Source: Bacteroidota bacterium
Lineage (GTDB): Bacteria > Bacteroidota > Bacteroidia > NORP154
Assembly (NCBI GenBank): GCA_022572355.1
Contig: JACZWC010000010.1
Location: forward strand, 16,851-80,850
Reading direction: 5' to 3'
Length of the DNA stretch: 64,000 nucleotides
The notes under the pieces were generated by a model. It did not search any database. It was not told the origin of the DNA and saw only the letters and a program-made list of their open reading frames with translations. The number at the start of each line of letters is the position of its first letter. Within the stretch, counting starts at the first letter, position 1. Shown here one piece after another: positions 16,511 to 29,072 of this stretch. Made by a program: the position numbers and the translations under genes.

Positions 16511-18544
16511 TTACTCTATCTCCACCCCATAATCCAGATACATCGGCGGCTTCTTATCCTTAGGTGAATCACTCTTAAGATAATAATCAAACCAGGCCAT
16601 TGTTCGGAGATTATAATCGAGACGTGCCGGGTTTTTGCGGTTTCCATGTCCTTCTCCCGGATACCATATCAGCCTTACAGGCCCTTTCCCGTGTAGTTTC
16701 AGCGCCCTGTACAACTCCAATGATTGTGAAGGGTGCACACGGGGGTCTTCCTTGCCGTGCAGTATCAGTGTAGCTGTTTTATTGTTTGTGGCATACTTGA
16801 CCGGGCTTCGGTCATAAACGAGCTCGTAATTCTCATGTGTCCAAAATCCCCAATGTGAATAATAAGATTCGTAGGGAATATCTGTGGTAAATCGCTTTGA
16901 CACATGATCGGAAATGCCCACAAATGCACAGGCAGCGGCAAAACGGCCGGAGTGTTTCGTTGCGCCCCAGGCAGCGAAAAATCCACCATACGAGCCTCCT
17001 CCAATTCCCACTTTGGTTTTATCTACAACTCCCTTGTTAATCAGATAGTCAATACCATCCAATACGTCATTGAACTCTTCGTCGCCCATATCACCCTGGT
17101 CCATTTTGGAATAGGCTACGCCCCGGCCAGAGCTTCCGCGATAGTTCGGCATCAGAACCACATAACCCTTTGCTGCAGCTACTTGTCCCCACCTGCTGTA
17201 ATAGGTTGTCCAACCATTTTTAACACAGGACTCAGGGCCACCATGTATGTAGTTGATCATGGGATATTTAGTCCCCTCCTTGTAATTGAGTGGATACAGG
17301 ATCACTCCTTCTATATCCAATCCATCCCGGGATTTCCAGGTTATCTTTTCCTGGCGTGCTAACTTCTTCTCCTTGAGCCATGGATTAAGATCACTGTGTT
17401 TTACCGGTTTTTTGTCTGTAAGAGACAAAGTGAACAGTTCCTTGGGATGGGAGGGACGCTCTCCAGCAAAAGCAATAATGCCATTGTTAATACGGAAGTT
17501 ATTGAGGATTACCACTCCTTTTTCTACCAGAGGAGTACCTTTATCACTTCCAAGCGATTGAGTATAAAATCCTGTTTCAACGCCCTCTTCAGCACAATAC
17601 ACGAGGGTTTTGGCGTCTTTCCATTCCACATGCGTAACGGATCCCATAAAGTCCTTTGAATAGGCGTCCAATTGTGTAAAGTCCTTTTTGTTTGGCACCT
17701 TGGTCACATACAGGCTTCCACTTACAGGATCGTTAATATCTACTCCTGCAATAAATGCAAGTTGTTTCCCATCTGGCGACCATTTCATTTGCCCTAGTTT
17801 TCCCGGGTTATTCACCAGCATCTTGGTCTCCTTGGTTTTCATATCTATAACATGAATCTTTATGAATATATACATGTAGTCAATCAGATTTTTGGTTGAA
17901 GCTTGAATCGCGATTTTGTCTCCGGCAGGATTCCAATGTAAATGGTAAACAGTGATATTATTTGTGATTTTTTCAGTCTTTTTACCATCAATATCAAATA
18001 CGTACAGGTTTTTGTGTGGAATATCTTCTTCATACACTTCTGCATTAAATCCCTGGTCTATCCAAGCTTTTCTGCTGGTATCCTTTTCAGTTGCGATATA
18101 GGCAATGCTATTCTTCTTCGGATTCCACTCGTATTTTTCGATAGAATGTAATGCAGATGTAATTTGAATAGCTGAATCAGCACCTAATTCGATAGTGTAC
18201 ACCTGTGATCCTTTTGCTCCATACCATTTGGCTAGCATAGTAACCCTTTTAGAATCAGATGTCCAGGAGATGCTATGAAAGCTCTTTTCGCCCGAGATAT
18301 ATTCTTTAGACTTACCAGAAGCTACATCCAACACATGCAGGGATTTATAACTGTTTCCGGGTTTATCCGTAAATGGCCTGGGTTCGCTTACCGCATACGC
18401 TACATATTTACCATCTCCGGAGACTGCAATCTCTGATACTATCCTTAGTTTGAATAGGTCGTAAGAAGTGAATGTATTGTCCTGTCCAGTGCAAAATAAT
18501 GAAGCACCAATTAATATTGCTATTGTTATTATTCTGATGATCAT
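16511..18544 (-). CDS. S9-family serine peptidase (prolyl oligopeptidase / acylaminoacyl-peptidase-like) with N-terminal beta-propeller
   Basis: Signal peptide, WD40-like/DPP-IV-type propeller region, and a C-terminal alpha/beta hydrolase with the GGSYGG nucleophile motif and HGKEDPRV. Confidence 0.8.
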   Translation of the reverse strand: MIIRIITIAILIGASLFCTGQDNTFTSYDLFKLRIVSEIAVSGDGKYVAYAVSEPRPFTDKPGNSYKSLHVLDVASGKSKEYISGEKSFHSISWTSDSKRVTMLAKWYGAKGSQVYTIELGADSAIQITSALHSIEKYEWNPKKNSIAYIATEKDTSRKAWIDQGFNAEVYEEDIPHKNLYVFDIDGKKTEKITNNITVYHLHWNPAGDKIAIQASTKNLIDYMYIFIKIHVIDMKTKETKMLVNNPGKLGQMKWSPDGKQLAFIAGVDINDPVSGSLYVTKVPNKKDFTQLDAYSKDFMGSVTHVEWKDAKTLVYCAEEGVETGFYTQSLGSDKGTPLVEKGVVILNNFRINNGIIAFAGERPSHPKELFTLSLTDKKPVKHSDLNPWLKEKKLARQEKITWKSRDGLDIEGVILYPLNYKEGTKYPMINYIHGGPESCVKNGWTTYYSRWGQVAAAKGYVVLMPNYRGSSGRGVAYSKMDQGDMGDEEFNDVLDGIDYLINKGVVDKTKVGIGGGSYGGFFAAWGATKHSGRFAAACAFVGISDHVSKRFTTDIPYESYYSHWGFWTHENYELVYDRSPVKYATNNKTATLILHGKEDPRVHPSQSLELYRALKLHGKGPVRLIWYPGEGHGNRKNPARLDYNLRTMAWFDYYLKSDSPKDKKPPMYLDYGVEIE

Positions 18545-18607
18545 GTTTGTGCAGTTGAAATTTTGGTTAGTGCTTGCTTATACACAATAAAGTTGTTTGC
18601 AAAGCGA

Positions 18608-19078
18608 CTAATTCAGGCCTGCCAGCTTTTCTTTTATCTTTTCAAAATCAGGAAGCTCACCGGCGTTTTCCAATATTTCGGTGTATTGAATTACCCCTTC
18701 CTTATCAATTACGAATGCAGATCTTTTTGCTACGCCTTTCATTCCCAACACAAATTCTTCATAAAGAACGTCGTAATCCGCCGATACCTCTTTATTGAAA
18801 TCAGACAATAAAGGAAAATTCAATCCTTGCTCTTCTTTGAATTTAGCCTGCGCAAAAACCGTGTCAATCGAGATGGCAAGAACCTTTGTATTCAAACTCT
18901 GATAGGTAGTCAGGTTGTCCCGCATATCGCATAATTCGGTAGTGCAAGTTCCTGTAAAGGCTAGCGGGTAAAACAGCAACAGTACATTCTCGCCTTTGAA
19001 ATTCTCTAAGGACACGTCATTTTTATCAGAGTCTTTTAATGTGAATAAGGGCGCTGAGTCACCTATTTGTAAAGCCAT
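18608..19078 (-). CDS. Peroxiredoxin (AhpC/TSA-redoxin family)
   Basis: 156 aa, with FYPLAFTGTCTTELC carrying the peroxidatic Cys context. Confidence 0.8.
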   Translation of the reverse strand: MALQIGDSAPLFTLKDSDKNDVSLENFKGENVLLLFYPLAFTGTCTTELCDMRDNLTTYQSLNTKVLAISIDTVFAQAKFKEEQGLNFPLLSDFNKEVSADYDVLYEEFVLGMKGVAKRSAFVIDKEGVIQYTEILENAGELPDFEKIKEKLAGLN

Positions 19079-19159
19079 AATTAGTTGTTTTGAATTTCAC
19101 AGATTATTATCTAAGTTATTTATTCTCTCATAAATTAAATCATAATCATAAAGTCGGCA

Positions 19160-19212
19160 ATCTTCAGTCGGCAGTTGTCATATTTGCCAACTGTTGACTG
19201 CCTATTGAAGAT
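19160..19212. repeat. Imperfect long palindrome (candidate katG terminator)
   Basis: atcttca (19160-19166) pairs with tgaagat (19206-19212). ggcag (19170-19174) pairs with ctgcc (19198-19202). cagttg (19172-19177) pairs with caactg (19188-19193). Direct repeat agtcggca at 19152 and 19166. Confidence 0.45.
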
Positions 19213-19367
19213 CAAACTGTTTTTTAAACAAAAAGTATAGTTTTTGGATAAATGACTTTAAAATTTATGAGTAAAAAAGATCGATTACCAACAGGTGCAA
19301 GTTTAAAACATTTTTGCCTCAAAAAGAAGGTAGAGACCTTAATAACTATTGTACCTCAAGTGCTGTT

Positions 19368-21602
<2,235 letters not shown>

Positions 21603-21667
21603 TTAAAATTTTTTAGGGTCATAAAATTACACAAATGTTTATATATGAGTTGGATTTTAATAAGCAC

Positions 21668-22489
21668 CTAGGCGTCGTGCTTTTTTGCTTCATTCCAGTA
21701 CTTGTCCATCTCCTCCAGCGTCATCGATCCTAGCTCTTTACCGTCTTTAGCAGCTTCAGTTTCCAGATACTGAAAGCGTTGAATAAATTTCTTATTGGTA
21801 CGCTCCAGTGCGTTTTCTGGGTTAACGTCAATAAATCTCGCATAGTTAATCAGGGAGAACAACAGGTCACCGAATTCAGCTTCAATTTTCTTGTGGTTGT
21901 TACCCGAAGAAATTTCATTTTTGAATTCAGCTAGTTCTTCATTCACTTTATCCCACACCTGCTCTTTGTTCTCCCAATCAAATCCCACAGCTTTCGCCTT
22001 ATCCTGAATTCTTGTGGCTTTTACCAATGCCGGAAGCCCTTTTGGGACACTTTCCAATATTGAAGAACGCCCTTCCTTTAACTTGAGTTTTTCCCAATTC
22101 TCTTTAACATCTTGTTCATTCTCTACTTCAACATCTCCGTAAATGTGCGGATGACGATGTATTAACTTCTCGCAAATCGTGGTTATCACTTCTTTCATGG
22201 TAAAATCCTCAGTCTCAGAGCCCAATTTGGCGTAAAACACAATATGGAGTAGTAGGTCTCCCAATTCGCCCTTAATACCCTGTTTATCATCATCTAATAT
22301 CGAATCTGCAAGCTCGTAGGTCTCTTCGATGGTAAGATGCCGCAGAGTTTCAAATGTTTGCTTCTGGTCCCAGGGGCATTTTGCTCGAAGTTCATCCATG
22401 ATTTCCATCAGACGCTCGAATTCTGCCGACGCATCTTTTATATGTTGTGGCCTTTGATTATTCATACGGTAAAAGTAGGAAGTAGGCAT
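21668..22489 (-). CDS. mazG: Nucleoside triphosphate pyrophosphohydrolase MazG
   Basis: Tandem MazG domains (ETYELADSI...ELGDLLLHIVFYA and EELAEF...EFGDLLFSLINYARF). The second ATG (MNNQRPQH) may be the true start. Confidence 0.85.
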   Translation of the reverse strand: MPTSYFYRMNNQRPQHIKDASAEFERLMEIMDELRAKCPWDQKQTFETLRHLTIEETYELADSILDDDKQGIKGELGDLLLHIVFYAKLGSETEDFTMKEVITTICEKLIHRHPHIYGDVEVENEQDVKENWEKLKLKEGRSSILESVPKGLPALVKATRIQDKAKAVGFDWENKEQVWDKVNEELAEFKNEISSGNNHKKIEAEFGDLLFSLINYARFIDVNPENALERTNKKFIQRFQYLETEAAKDGKELGSMTLEEMDKYWNEAKKHDA

Positions 22490-22635
22490 TTAATTGCCTA
22501 AACATTGTGCTGAACAAAATTTGATTCACTCATGGCCGGTAATTATTGTCTCAATTTTGATTATACAATGAGAAAACTCATAAAAACCCTGGGTGGCTGA
22601 GTACGGAGGGGAAAATCATTAATTTTGCGCTCCAT

Positions 22636-23769
22636 ATGCGATTAAGGATCAATTTTCTCGTTATAATGACAGCCTGTCTCCATGTTATGGTAGACACTAG
22701 TAATGCGTTTCCACAAGACAGCGTTAAAGCAAAAACTTTTACGGAAGGGATATCTATTGGTCTTAATGCACATTACGGATTTATTCTCGTTCACCGTGAT
22801 AATATGGCCCGTCTGGTTAAGGGCCATATTCCTGCTTTTGAGTTCACGCTGGAAAAGCAAATGTCTGGATCTTCAGCTAACCACAGTATATATAATTTCC
22901 CTTCTATTGGCGTTTCACTCTGGCATTCAGACTTAGGCAACAAAAAGGAGCTAGGGTCGGGATCAGCGATTTTCGGTTTCATAAATTTCCCGTTAATAAG
23001 ATCCAAGAGATTTATGCTGAGATACAAAGTCGGATCTGGTGTGGGGTTTATATCCAAACCCTTTGACAGAGAATACAATTACAAGAATACCGCCATAGGC
23101 TCTCAGCTCAATATGTTTCTCCTTGTCCAGCTCAATGCGAAATTTCAACTATCGGAAAAATTGGGTGTAACGGCGGGTCTAACATTCAGTCACTATTCCA
23201 ACGGCTCTTATAAAGTTCCAAATCTTGGTATAAATGTTCCAACAGTGAGTATAGGCATGACTTACGATCTTGGGAATTATCAATTATCAAGTTTTGACAA
23301 GGAGAAAAAAGAACACGGTAAAGATTTGGATCTTAACGTGCAATTCGGAGGCGGTGCCAGGGAAATTAACCCGATTGGTGGACCCCGATATGGCGTTTTC
23401 TATGTAACTGTTGAAGGCACGAGAAGAATGGATCGAAGACGTAAATTGGGTGTGGGTCTGAATGCATTTTATGATGCCTCAACGATGGTTATATACAATC
23501 GAAATTCAGATAATATTCCTAGTTCTAATCAGGCAGAATTTATAAGGTATGGAGTACACATTAGCCATGAACTGGTTATTGGCAGGTTATCAGCGATTAC
23601 ACAAATGGGTGTATACCTCTATTCAAAATACAAGAATGACGGGTCCTTTTTTCATCGATTTGGATATAGATATCAAATTACAAAACACGTTTATGCAGAT
23701 ATTACAATTAAAACGCATTGGGCCGTTGCACAATATGTGAGTTTAGGAATGGGCTATAAATTTAATTAA
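22636..23769 (+). CDS. Acyloxyacyl hydrolase / PagL-like outer-membrane beta-barrel protein
   Basis: Signal peptide, alternating beta-strand pattern, and a C-terminal ...SLGMGYKFN barrel terminus. It resembles Bacteroidota proteins annotated as acyloxyacyl hydrolase. Assignment is from memory only. Confidence 0.5.
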   Translation: MRLRINFLVIMTACLHVMVDTSNAFPQDSVKAKTFTEGISIGLNAHYGFILVHRDNMARLVKGHIPAFEFTLEKQMSGSSANHSIYNFPSIGVSLWHSDLGNKKELGSGSAIFGFINFPLIRSKRFMLRYKVGSGVGFISKPFDREYNYKNTAIGSQLNMFLLVQLNAKFQLSEKLGVTAGLTFSHYSNGSYKVPNLGINVPTVSIGMTYDLGNYQLSSFDKEKKEHGKDLDLNVQFGGGAREINPIGGPRYGVFYVTVEGTRRMDRRRKLGVGLNAFYDASTMVIYNRNSDNIPSSNQAEFIRYGVHISHELVIGRLSAITQMGVYLYSKYKNDGSFFHRFGYRYQITKHVYADITIKTHWAVAQYVSLGMGYKFN

Positions 23770-23777
23770 AGCAGCAA

Positions 23778-24509
23778 ATGACAAGAAAATATAGTTTGTT
23801 ACTAATTGTACTTACAACATGTGGGATTTCATGCAACAAGGAGAATGCATGGGACTGTGTTAAAACGACAGGGTCTGTTGAGCAGGAAGTACGCATTGTG
23901 GGTGATTTCACTCAGATCCAGCTAAATCAAGGAATAAATCTCATACTTACGCAGAGCGCTACCAAAAGTTTGGTGGTGGAGGCAGGCAAAAATTTACTGG
24001 GTAAAATCACCACAATTGTAGACAATGGAACGTTGGTAATTAAAAATAACAATCGTTGCAATTGGACTAGAAGTTATAAGAAGGATATTAATCTATATCT
24101 GAACGTTTCTGTACTTGGATCAATTACACATAATGGTTATGGGAAAATAACGAGTACCAATACACTTACATCCAGCAATTGGAGGATAGACGTAATAGGG
24201 AACGGGGATGTTGAGCTTGATATCAATGCACCGGTGTTTTATTCGGGCATTTACGGATCTGGTACTTTGTCTTTGACCGGGACCGTAGTGGACTACGGGC
24301 TTTGGGTAAGCGGAAATGCCTGGGTATGGTGCCAATCATTGAATGCAGATAACGTATTTATTACAAGTGGATCTACTGGTGATGCTTATGTGACAGCAAA
24401 GTATAGATTTAAGGGGGTGATTTCTAATATTGGTGATATATACTATAGCGGCAATCCATCCGATGTCACTTTAGAAACCACCGGGAGCGGCAGCTTCATT
24501 GTCAATTGA
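23778..24509 (+). CDS. Lipoprotein with DUF2807/'head GIN' beta-helix domain
   Basis: Lipobox LTTCGISC. Has the F..I....GINLILTQS...LVVEAGKNLL..I...V.NGTLVIK pattern plus GNGDV / GSGTL / GSTGD repeats. Confidence 0.55.
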   Translation: MTRKYSLLLIVLTTCGISCNKENAWDCVKTTGSVEQEVRIVGDFTQIQLNQGINLILTQSATKSLVVEAGKNLLGKITTIVDNGTLVIKNNNRCNWTRSYKKDINLYLNVSVLGSITHNGYGKITSTNTLTSSNWRIDVIGNGDVELDINAPVFYSGIYGSGTLSLTGTVVDYGLWVSGNAWVWCQSLNADNVFITSGSTGDAYVTAKYRFKGVISNIGDIYYSGNPSDVTLETTGSGSFIVN

Positions 24510-24547
24510 TACATGGGTTTGGCTAATGTTCACTATTTTTGTATTGT

Positions 24548-24739
24548 ATGAACGTCATTTTATTCTCCATCTTGTTAGTCGGCCTTGCAATGGCTGGTAT
24601 AGCCATTAAGATATTGGTGAAGAAAGATGGTGAGTTCGCGGGAACCTGTAGCACCAACAACCCCATGCTGCAAAAAGAGGGAGCAGTTTGCGGAGTTTGT
24701 GGAGCGAAACCCGACGAGCAGTGCCAAAATAAAGACTAA
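24548..24739 (+). CDS. NqrM-like small Cys-rich membrane protein (candidate Na+-NQR maturation factor)
   Basis: 63 aa from ATG 24548. One N-terminal TM helix (VILFSILLVGLAMAGIAI), then four Cys (GTCS, CGVC, EQC). It lies next to apbE/nqrF but on the opposite strand, and its stop overlaps the apbE stop. Confidence 0.45.
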   Translation: MNVILFSILLVGLAMAGIAIKILVKKDGEFAGTCSTNNPMLQKEGAVCGVCGAKPDEQCQNKD

Positions 24740-25767
24740 TTCTGTTCCTCGATATTTTCTTTTAACCCTTCAGAGATATAAGTTTTCAACACGCCTGATT
24801 CATCGGAATATATCAGGTAGACTTCGATACCCAGCTGTGGCTCTTCAAGGAAATCAATAGTTCTATCCACTCCGAGAACCATAAATGCCGTTGCAAAGGC
24901 ATCTGCGATCATGCAGTGATTGGCTATAACCGTTGCACTTAATAAATTGTGATCAACGGTATAGCCAGTGATAGGATCTATGGTGTGCGAATATTTCTTA
25001 CCGTCTTTCACGTAAAATTTTCTGTAGCTACCTGAGGTAGCCATCGCTTTATTTTCCAGTTTAACTATTGCTTGAAGTTTGTCTTTGTTTCGTTTGGCCA
25101 CAGGCCTGTCGATTCCAACTTTCCATATTTCTCCCTCGCTGTTTCTTCCCTTTGTGATTATCTCTCCGCCAATTTCTACCAGATGGTTTTTTAGGTTTTT
25201 GGATAGCAGGAAGTCACTAATCACATCTACAGAATAACCTTGGGCTATTCCATTGAAGTCCAGTTGGGCCATGGGTACTGATTTTGATATTGAGTACGTA
25301 TCACCACTCTTGTGAATCTGAAAATTTTCAATCCCGACTAATTTTAAAAGAGAATCTACAGGAACTGGATTTAATGAGTCCATCTTCTCAGTTCCAAATC
25401 CCCAGGCATCCACCAAGGGTTTTACAGTGGGATCAAAGGCTCCATTGGATATTCTGTTTATTTCTAATGAGCTAAAGAAAACATCAACAAAATACTTGTC
25501 GGGGATGCCAATACTGTCATTGTTATTTATTTTCGAAATAGTTGATGAGTCAACATAGGTAGACAAGGATTGATCTATCCTCTTTAGTATTGAGTCAATT
25601 TCCTGCTGATAATTGACAACATCAATTCCGTGGTATTTTATGCTGTAGGTCGTGCCTTGTGCCTTGCCACCGATCCAAATTTCTGTAATAACGGGCGAGT
25701 TGTTACAGGATAGTATTGCGGTAGCCGTAAGAAAAAACAGAGTAGCTATGAGTCTAAAACTCATCAA
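24736..25767 (-). CDS. apbE: FAD:protein FMN transferase ApbE
   Basis: Lipoprotein-type N-terminus, with GIAQGYSVD, ATSGSYRKF and ADAFATAFMVLG motifs. It overlaps the nqrF stop by 14 nt. Confidence 0.85.
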   Translation of the reverse strand: MMSFRLIATLFFLTATAILSCNNSPVITEIWIGGKAQGTTYSIKYHGIDVVNYQQEIDSILKRIDQSLSTYVDSSTISKINNNDSIGIPDKYFVDVFFSSLEINRISNGAFDPTVKPLVDAWGFGTEKMDSLNPVPVDSLLKLVGIENFQIHKSGDTYSISKSVPMAQLDFNGIAQGYSVDVISDFLLSKNLKNHLVEIGGEIITKGRNSEGEIWKVGIDRPVAKRNKDKLQAIVKLENKAMATSGSYRKFYVKDGKKYSHTIDPITGYTVDHNLLSATVIANHCMIADAFATAFMVLGVDRTIDFLEEPQLGIEVYLIYSDESGVLKTYISEGLKENIEEQN

Positions 25768-27010
25768 ATCGGATCATTTCCTCTTCAACACCCAAGTTAT
25801 CGAGCATATCCATAACTGCTTTTAGCATCAACGGGGGCCCGCAGAGATAATACTCGATATCTTCTGGTGCTGGATGATCTTTCAGAAATTCATTAAAGGC
25901 AACATCGTGAATAAATCCTACCGGGCCTTTCCAGTTATCTTCATCCAGTGGTTCAGATAATCCACTTACATATTTGAAGTTAGGGAAGTTCGTTTCGATG
26001 TCTTTGAATTCATCGTCATAGAACATTTCCCTCAGTGACCTGGCGCCGTAGAAAAAGGTTGTTTTTCTCTTCGTCTTTTCGGTATGGAAGAGGTGAAAAA
26101 TATGAGAGCGCATCGGTGCCATACCAGCGCCACCGCCGATAAATACCATTTCACGATCGGTTTCTTGTATGAAAAACTCGCCAAAAGGACCGGATATTGT
26201 TACTTTATCACCCGGTTTAAGCGAATATGTATACGTAGAGGCCAGCCCGGGCTGAACGTCCATGAATTTACCTTTTGCCCTGTCCCAAGGTGGTGTAGCG
26301 ATCCTTATATTTAACATTACGCGGTTTCCTTCTGCCGGATGGTTGGCCATTGAATAGGCCCGGAAGATAGGCTCATCGTTTTTGCATTTAAGGTCCCAAA
26401 TATTCATTTTATCCCAGTCTTCGCGATATTCATCCTCAATGTGGGGCTTTACATGTTCATTAAAGTCTATATCATATTCCGGAATGTCAATTTGGATATA
26501 CCCTCCGTTTTGGAATTCGAGTATTTCACCTTCGGGCAATTTGAGGTCTAACTCCTTAATGAACGTCGCAACACTGTTGTTAGATGTAACTGTACATTCC
26601 CACTTTTTTATTCCAAAAATTTCATCCGGTATCTGGATTTGCATGTCTTCCTTCACTTTTACCTGACAACCCAATCTCCACTTTTCCTTGATTTCTCTTC
26701 GAGTGAAATAAGGTGCTTCGGTAGGCAATATCTCACCCCCACCCTCGTGTACCTGGCATTTGCATAGAGAGCAGGTACCACCTCCTCCACAGGCGGAAGG
26801 AAGAAAGATCTTATCGTTTCCCAAGGTTGTTAGTATAGAATTTCCCGCTTCAACCTGAAGTTCCCTCTTTCCATTAATGGTAATTGTTACCAATCCTGTT
26901 TTGGTAAGTTTAGCCTTGGCGAAAAGAATAATGGTGATAAGCAGCAATAGAAATACAAGGAAGACTACTATACCACTAAAAACCGTCGTTATGGCTGAGA
27001 GGATGATCAT
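25754..27010 (-). CDS. nqrF: Na+-translocating NADH:quinone oxidoreductase subunit F
   Basis: N-terminal TM helix, a 2Fe-2S motif (CGGGGTCSLCKC) and an FAD/NADH-binding domain (RAYSMAN, GGGAGMAPMRS). Confidence 0.95.
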   Translation of the reverse strand: MIILSAITTVFSGIVVFLVFLLLLITIILFAKAKLTKTGLVTITINGKRELQVEAGNSILTTLGNDKIFLPSACGGGGTCSLCKCQVHEGGGEILPTEAPYFTRREIKEKWRLGCQVKVKEDMQIQIPDEIFGIKKWECTVTSNNSVATFIKELDLKLPEGEILEFQNGGYIQIDIPEYDIDFNEHVKPHIEDEYREDWDKMNIWDLKCKNDEPIFRAYSMANHPAEGNRVMLNIRIATPPWDRAKGKFMDVQPGLASTYTYSLKPGDKVTISGPFGEFFIQETDREMVFIGGGAGMAPMRSHIFHLFHTEKTKRKTTFFYGARSLREMFYDDEFKDIETNFPNFKYVSGLSEPLDEDNWKGPVGFIHDVAFNEFLKDHPAPEDIEYYLCGPPLMLKAVMDMLDNLGVEEEMIRFDEF

Positions 27011-27023
27011 TTAATGATGCTAT

Positions 27024-27641
27024 CTATATTTCAATTCCCATAAAACTCATGAACGCTATTCCCATAAGCCCGGTTATGATAAATGTGATTCCCAATCCTT
27101 TCAGCGGAGCAGGCACATTTGAATATCTAATTTTTTCACGTATCGCGGCAATGGCAACGATCGCTAAAAACCAACCAACCCCAGATCCCATGGCAAATGA
27201 TGTAGCCTCAGCGATATTGGCATATTGTCGCTCCTGCATGAACAGTGCACCTCCAAGAATTGAGCAGTTAACAGCAATAAGTGGCAGGAAAATTCCCAAT
27301 GCACCATACAAAGCGGGTGAGAATTTTTCTACCACCATCTCAACCAGTTGTACAATGGCAGCTATTACCGCAATAAACATAATAAATCCAAGGAAGCTGA
27401 GATCCATGGTGGCAAAATCTTCAGATAGCCAGGTGAGTGCGCCTTCCTTCAGGATATAGTTTTCAAGTAAATAGTTAACTGGAACCGTTACACCCAATAC
27501 AAAAATTACAGCCAATCCCAGTCCTACACCTGTTTTTACCGTTTTGGATACTGCCAGGTAAGAGCACATTCCGAGGAAATATGCGAAGATCATATTCTCA
27601 ATGAATACGCCTTTTACGAATATGTTTACCAGATCCAACAT
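27024..27641 (-). CDS. nqrE: Na+-NQR subunit E
   Basis: 205-aa polytopic protein of the NqrDE/RnfAE family, in the canonical operon position. Confidence 0.92.
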   Translation of the reverse strand: MLDLVNIFVKGVFIENMIFAYFLGMCSYLAVSKTVKTGVGLGLAVIFVLGVTVPVNYLLENYILKEGALTWLSEDFATMDLSFLGFIMFIAVIAAIVQLVEMVVEKFSPALYGALGIFLPLIAVNCSILGGALFMQERQYANIAEATSFAMGSGVGWFLAIVAIAAIREKIRYSNVPAPLKGLGITFIITGLMGIAFMSFMGIEI

Positions 27642-28334
27642 TTAGTTTTCTTCAATAAGTTTAGGGTTTCTGGCACGTTGTACCCAAATAATCAATCCTA
27701 CCACTATCAATGCAAAAGGAGGTAGAATCATCAAATTGTTATTGGCGTATCCCATATCATAAAAAACCTGTGGAATAACCTGAAAACCCAATAATTCTCC
27801 TGAACCGAACAATTCTCGTACAACGGCAACAATAATGAGAATCACTCCATATGAAGCGCCATTTCCCAGTCCATCAAGTAATGAGGGCCAGGGTTTATTC
27901 GCCAGTGCAAATGCTTCCAGTCTTCCCATGATAATGCAATTGGTGATTATCAAGCCAACAAAGACCGAAAGCTTTTTACTTACATCATATGCAAAGGCCC
28001 GCAATACCTGGTCAACCAAAATCACCAGCGCGGCAACTATCACTAACTGCACAATAATCCTGATACGGTTTGGAATTGTGTTTCTGAGAACTGATATGAT
28101 AACATTTCCGAACGCCAGAACTGCAATGACCGATAAACTCATTACAATTGCCTGCTCTACCTGAACAGTGATAGCCAAGGCCGAGCAAATCCCCAGAACC
28201 TGAACGGTAATGGGATTGTCATCATCCATAGGATCACTCAACAGTCGCCTGTTTTTCTTAGAAAATAACGCCTCTTTAGGCTCAGCGACCTGTACCGCTA
28301 CTTCGGGTTCTTCAGTTATTTCTTCCGTACCCAT
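27642..28334 (-). CDS. nqrD: Na+-NQR subunit D
   Basis: DDNPITVQVLGICSALAIT and the NqrDE/RnfAE fold. It has a ~20-aa acidic N-terminal extension, and the start abuts the nqrC stop. Confidence 0.92.
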   Translation of the reverse strand: MGTEEITEEPEVAVQVAEPKEALFSKKNRRLLSDPMDDDNPITVQVLGICSALAITVQVEQAIVMSLSVIAVLAFGNVIISVLRNTIPNRIRIIVQLVIVAALVILVDQVLRAFAYDVSKKLSVFVGLIITNCIIMGRLEAFALANKPWPSLLDGLGNGASYGVILIIVAVVRELFGSGELLGFQVIPQVFYDMGYANNNLMILPPFALIVVGLIIWVQRARNPKLIEEN

Positions 28335-29071
28335 TATTTTACAGTATTGAAATAAGTTTCATATACCTTAAAAGTCCTCTCAATCATTTTGGTTACACCG
28401 TTGCTGGTAATTGTTCCACCTGTTATTGCATCAACTCCATGCAAATCTTCTGGCCTGGCTCCGCCCTTAATGACTTTTATTGATACAAAGTTACCGTTTT
28501 CATCAAATAATTGCTCACCTGGGAACTGAGCTTGAAATTCTGCTGTATTGATTTCAGCACCTAACCCCGGCGTTTCCTTATCATGAGCAAAGCTGGCACC
28601 ATAAACCGTATTCAGATCGCTTTCCAACGCGATATATCCCCAGATAGGGCCCCATAATCCAGATCCGACAACAGGAATAACATAATATGTCTTACCGTCT
28701 TTTTCACAGATGTAAAGTGGGTAGTTTCTTTCATTTTCGTCCAACCCCTTATATTCTTTCTTGGTATTGATGTTGAACGCATCAGTTTTATCCATTTTGT
28801 CAATAGCGCCTTCATTTTCTGAGATTATTTTCGAAGTGTAATCCAAGACCACTCGCTTCTTTACATATTCAGCAAATATTCCAGGTGCTTCTTCCCGGCT
28901 GCAATCAACACTTATTGTTTTGAGAATGTTCTGCATCTTCTCCTCACTTACATTTTTTTGCTGAAAGGGCTTCAAACTGATCGATGCCAGTGCCAACAGG
29001 GTTGCAACGATCACCACCATTACCGTAGCAAATACAAATGTAAAACCGTTTCCGTCTTTGTCGAAAGCCAT
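28334..29071 (-). CDS. nqrC: Na+-NQR subunit C (FMN-binding)
   Basis: N-terminal TM helix, with the covalent-FMN site context VDAITGGTITS. Confidence 0.92.
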   Translation of the reverse strand: MAFDKDGNGFTFVFATVMVVIVATLLALASISLKPFQQKNVSEEKMQNILKTISVDCSREEAPGIFAEYVKKRVVLDYTSKIISENEGAIDKMDKTDAFNINTKKEYKGLDENERNYPLYICEKDGKTYYVIPVVGSGLWGPIWGYIALESDLNTVYGASFAHDKETPGLGAEINTAEFQAQFPGEQLFDENGNFVSIKVIKGGARPEDLHGVDAITGGTITSNGVTKMIERTFKVYETYFNTVK

Positions 29072-29072
29072 C

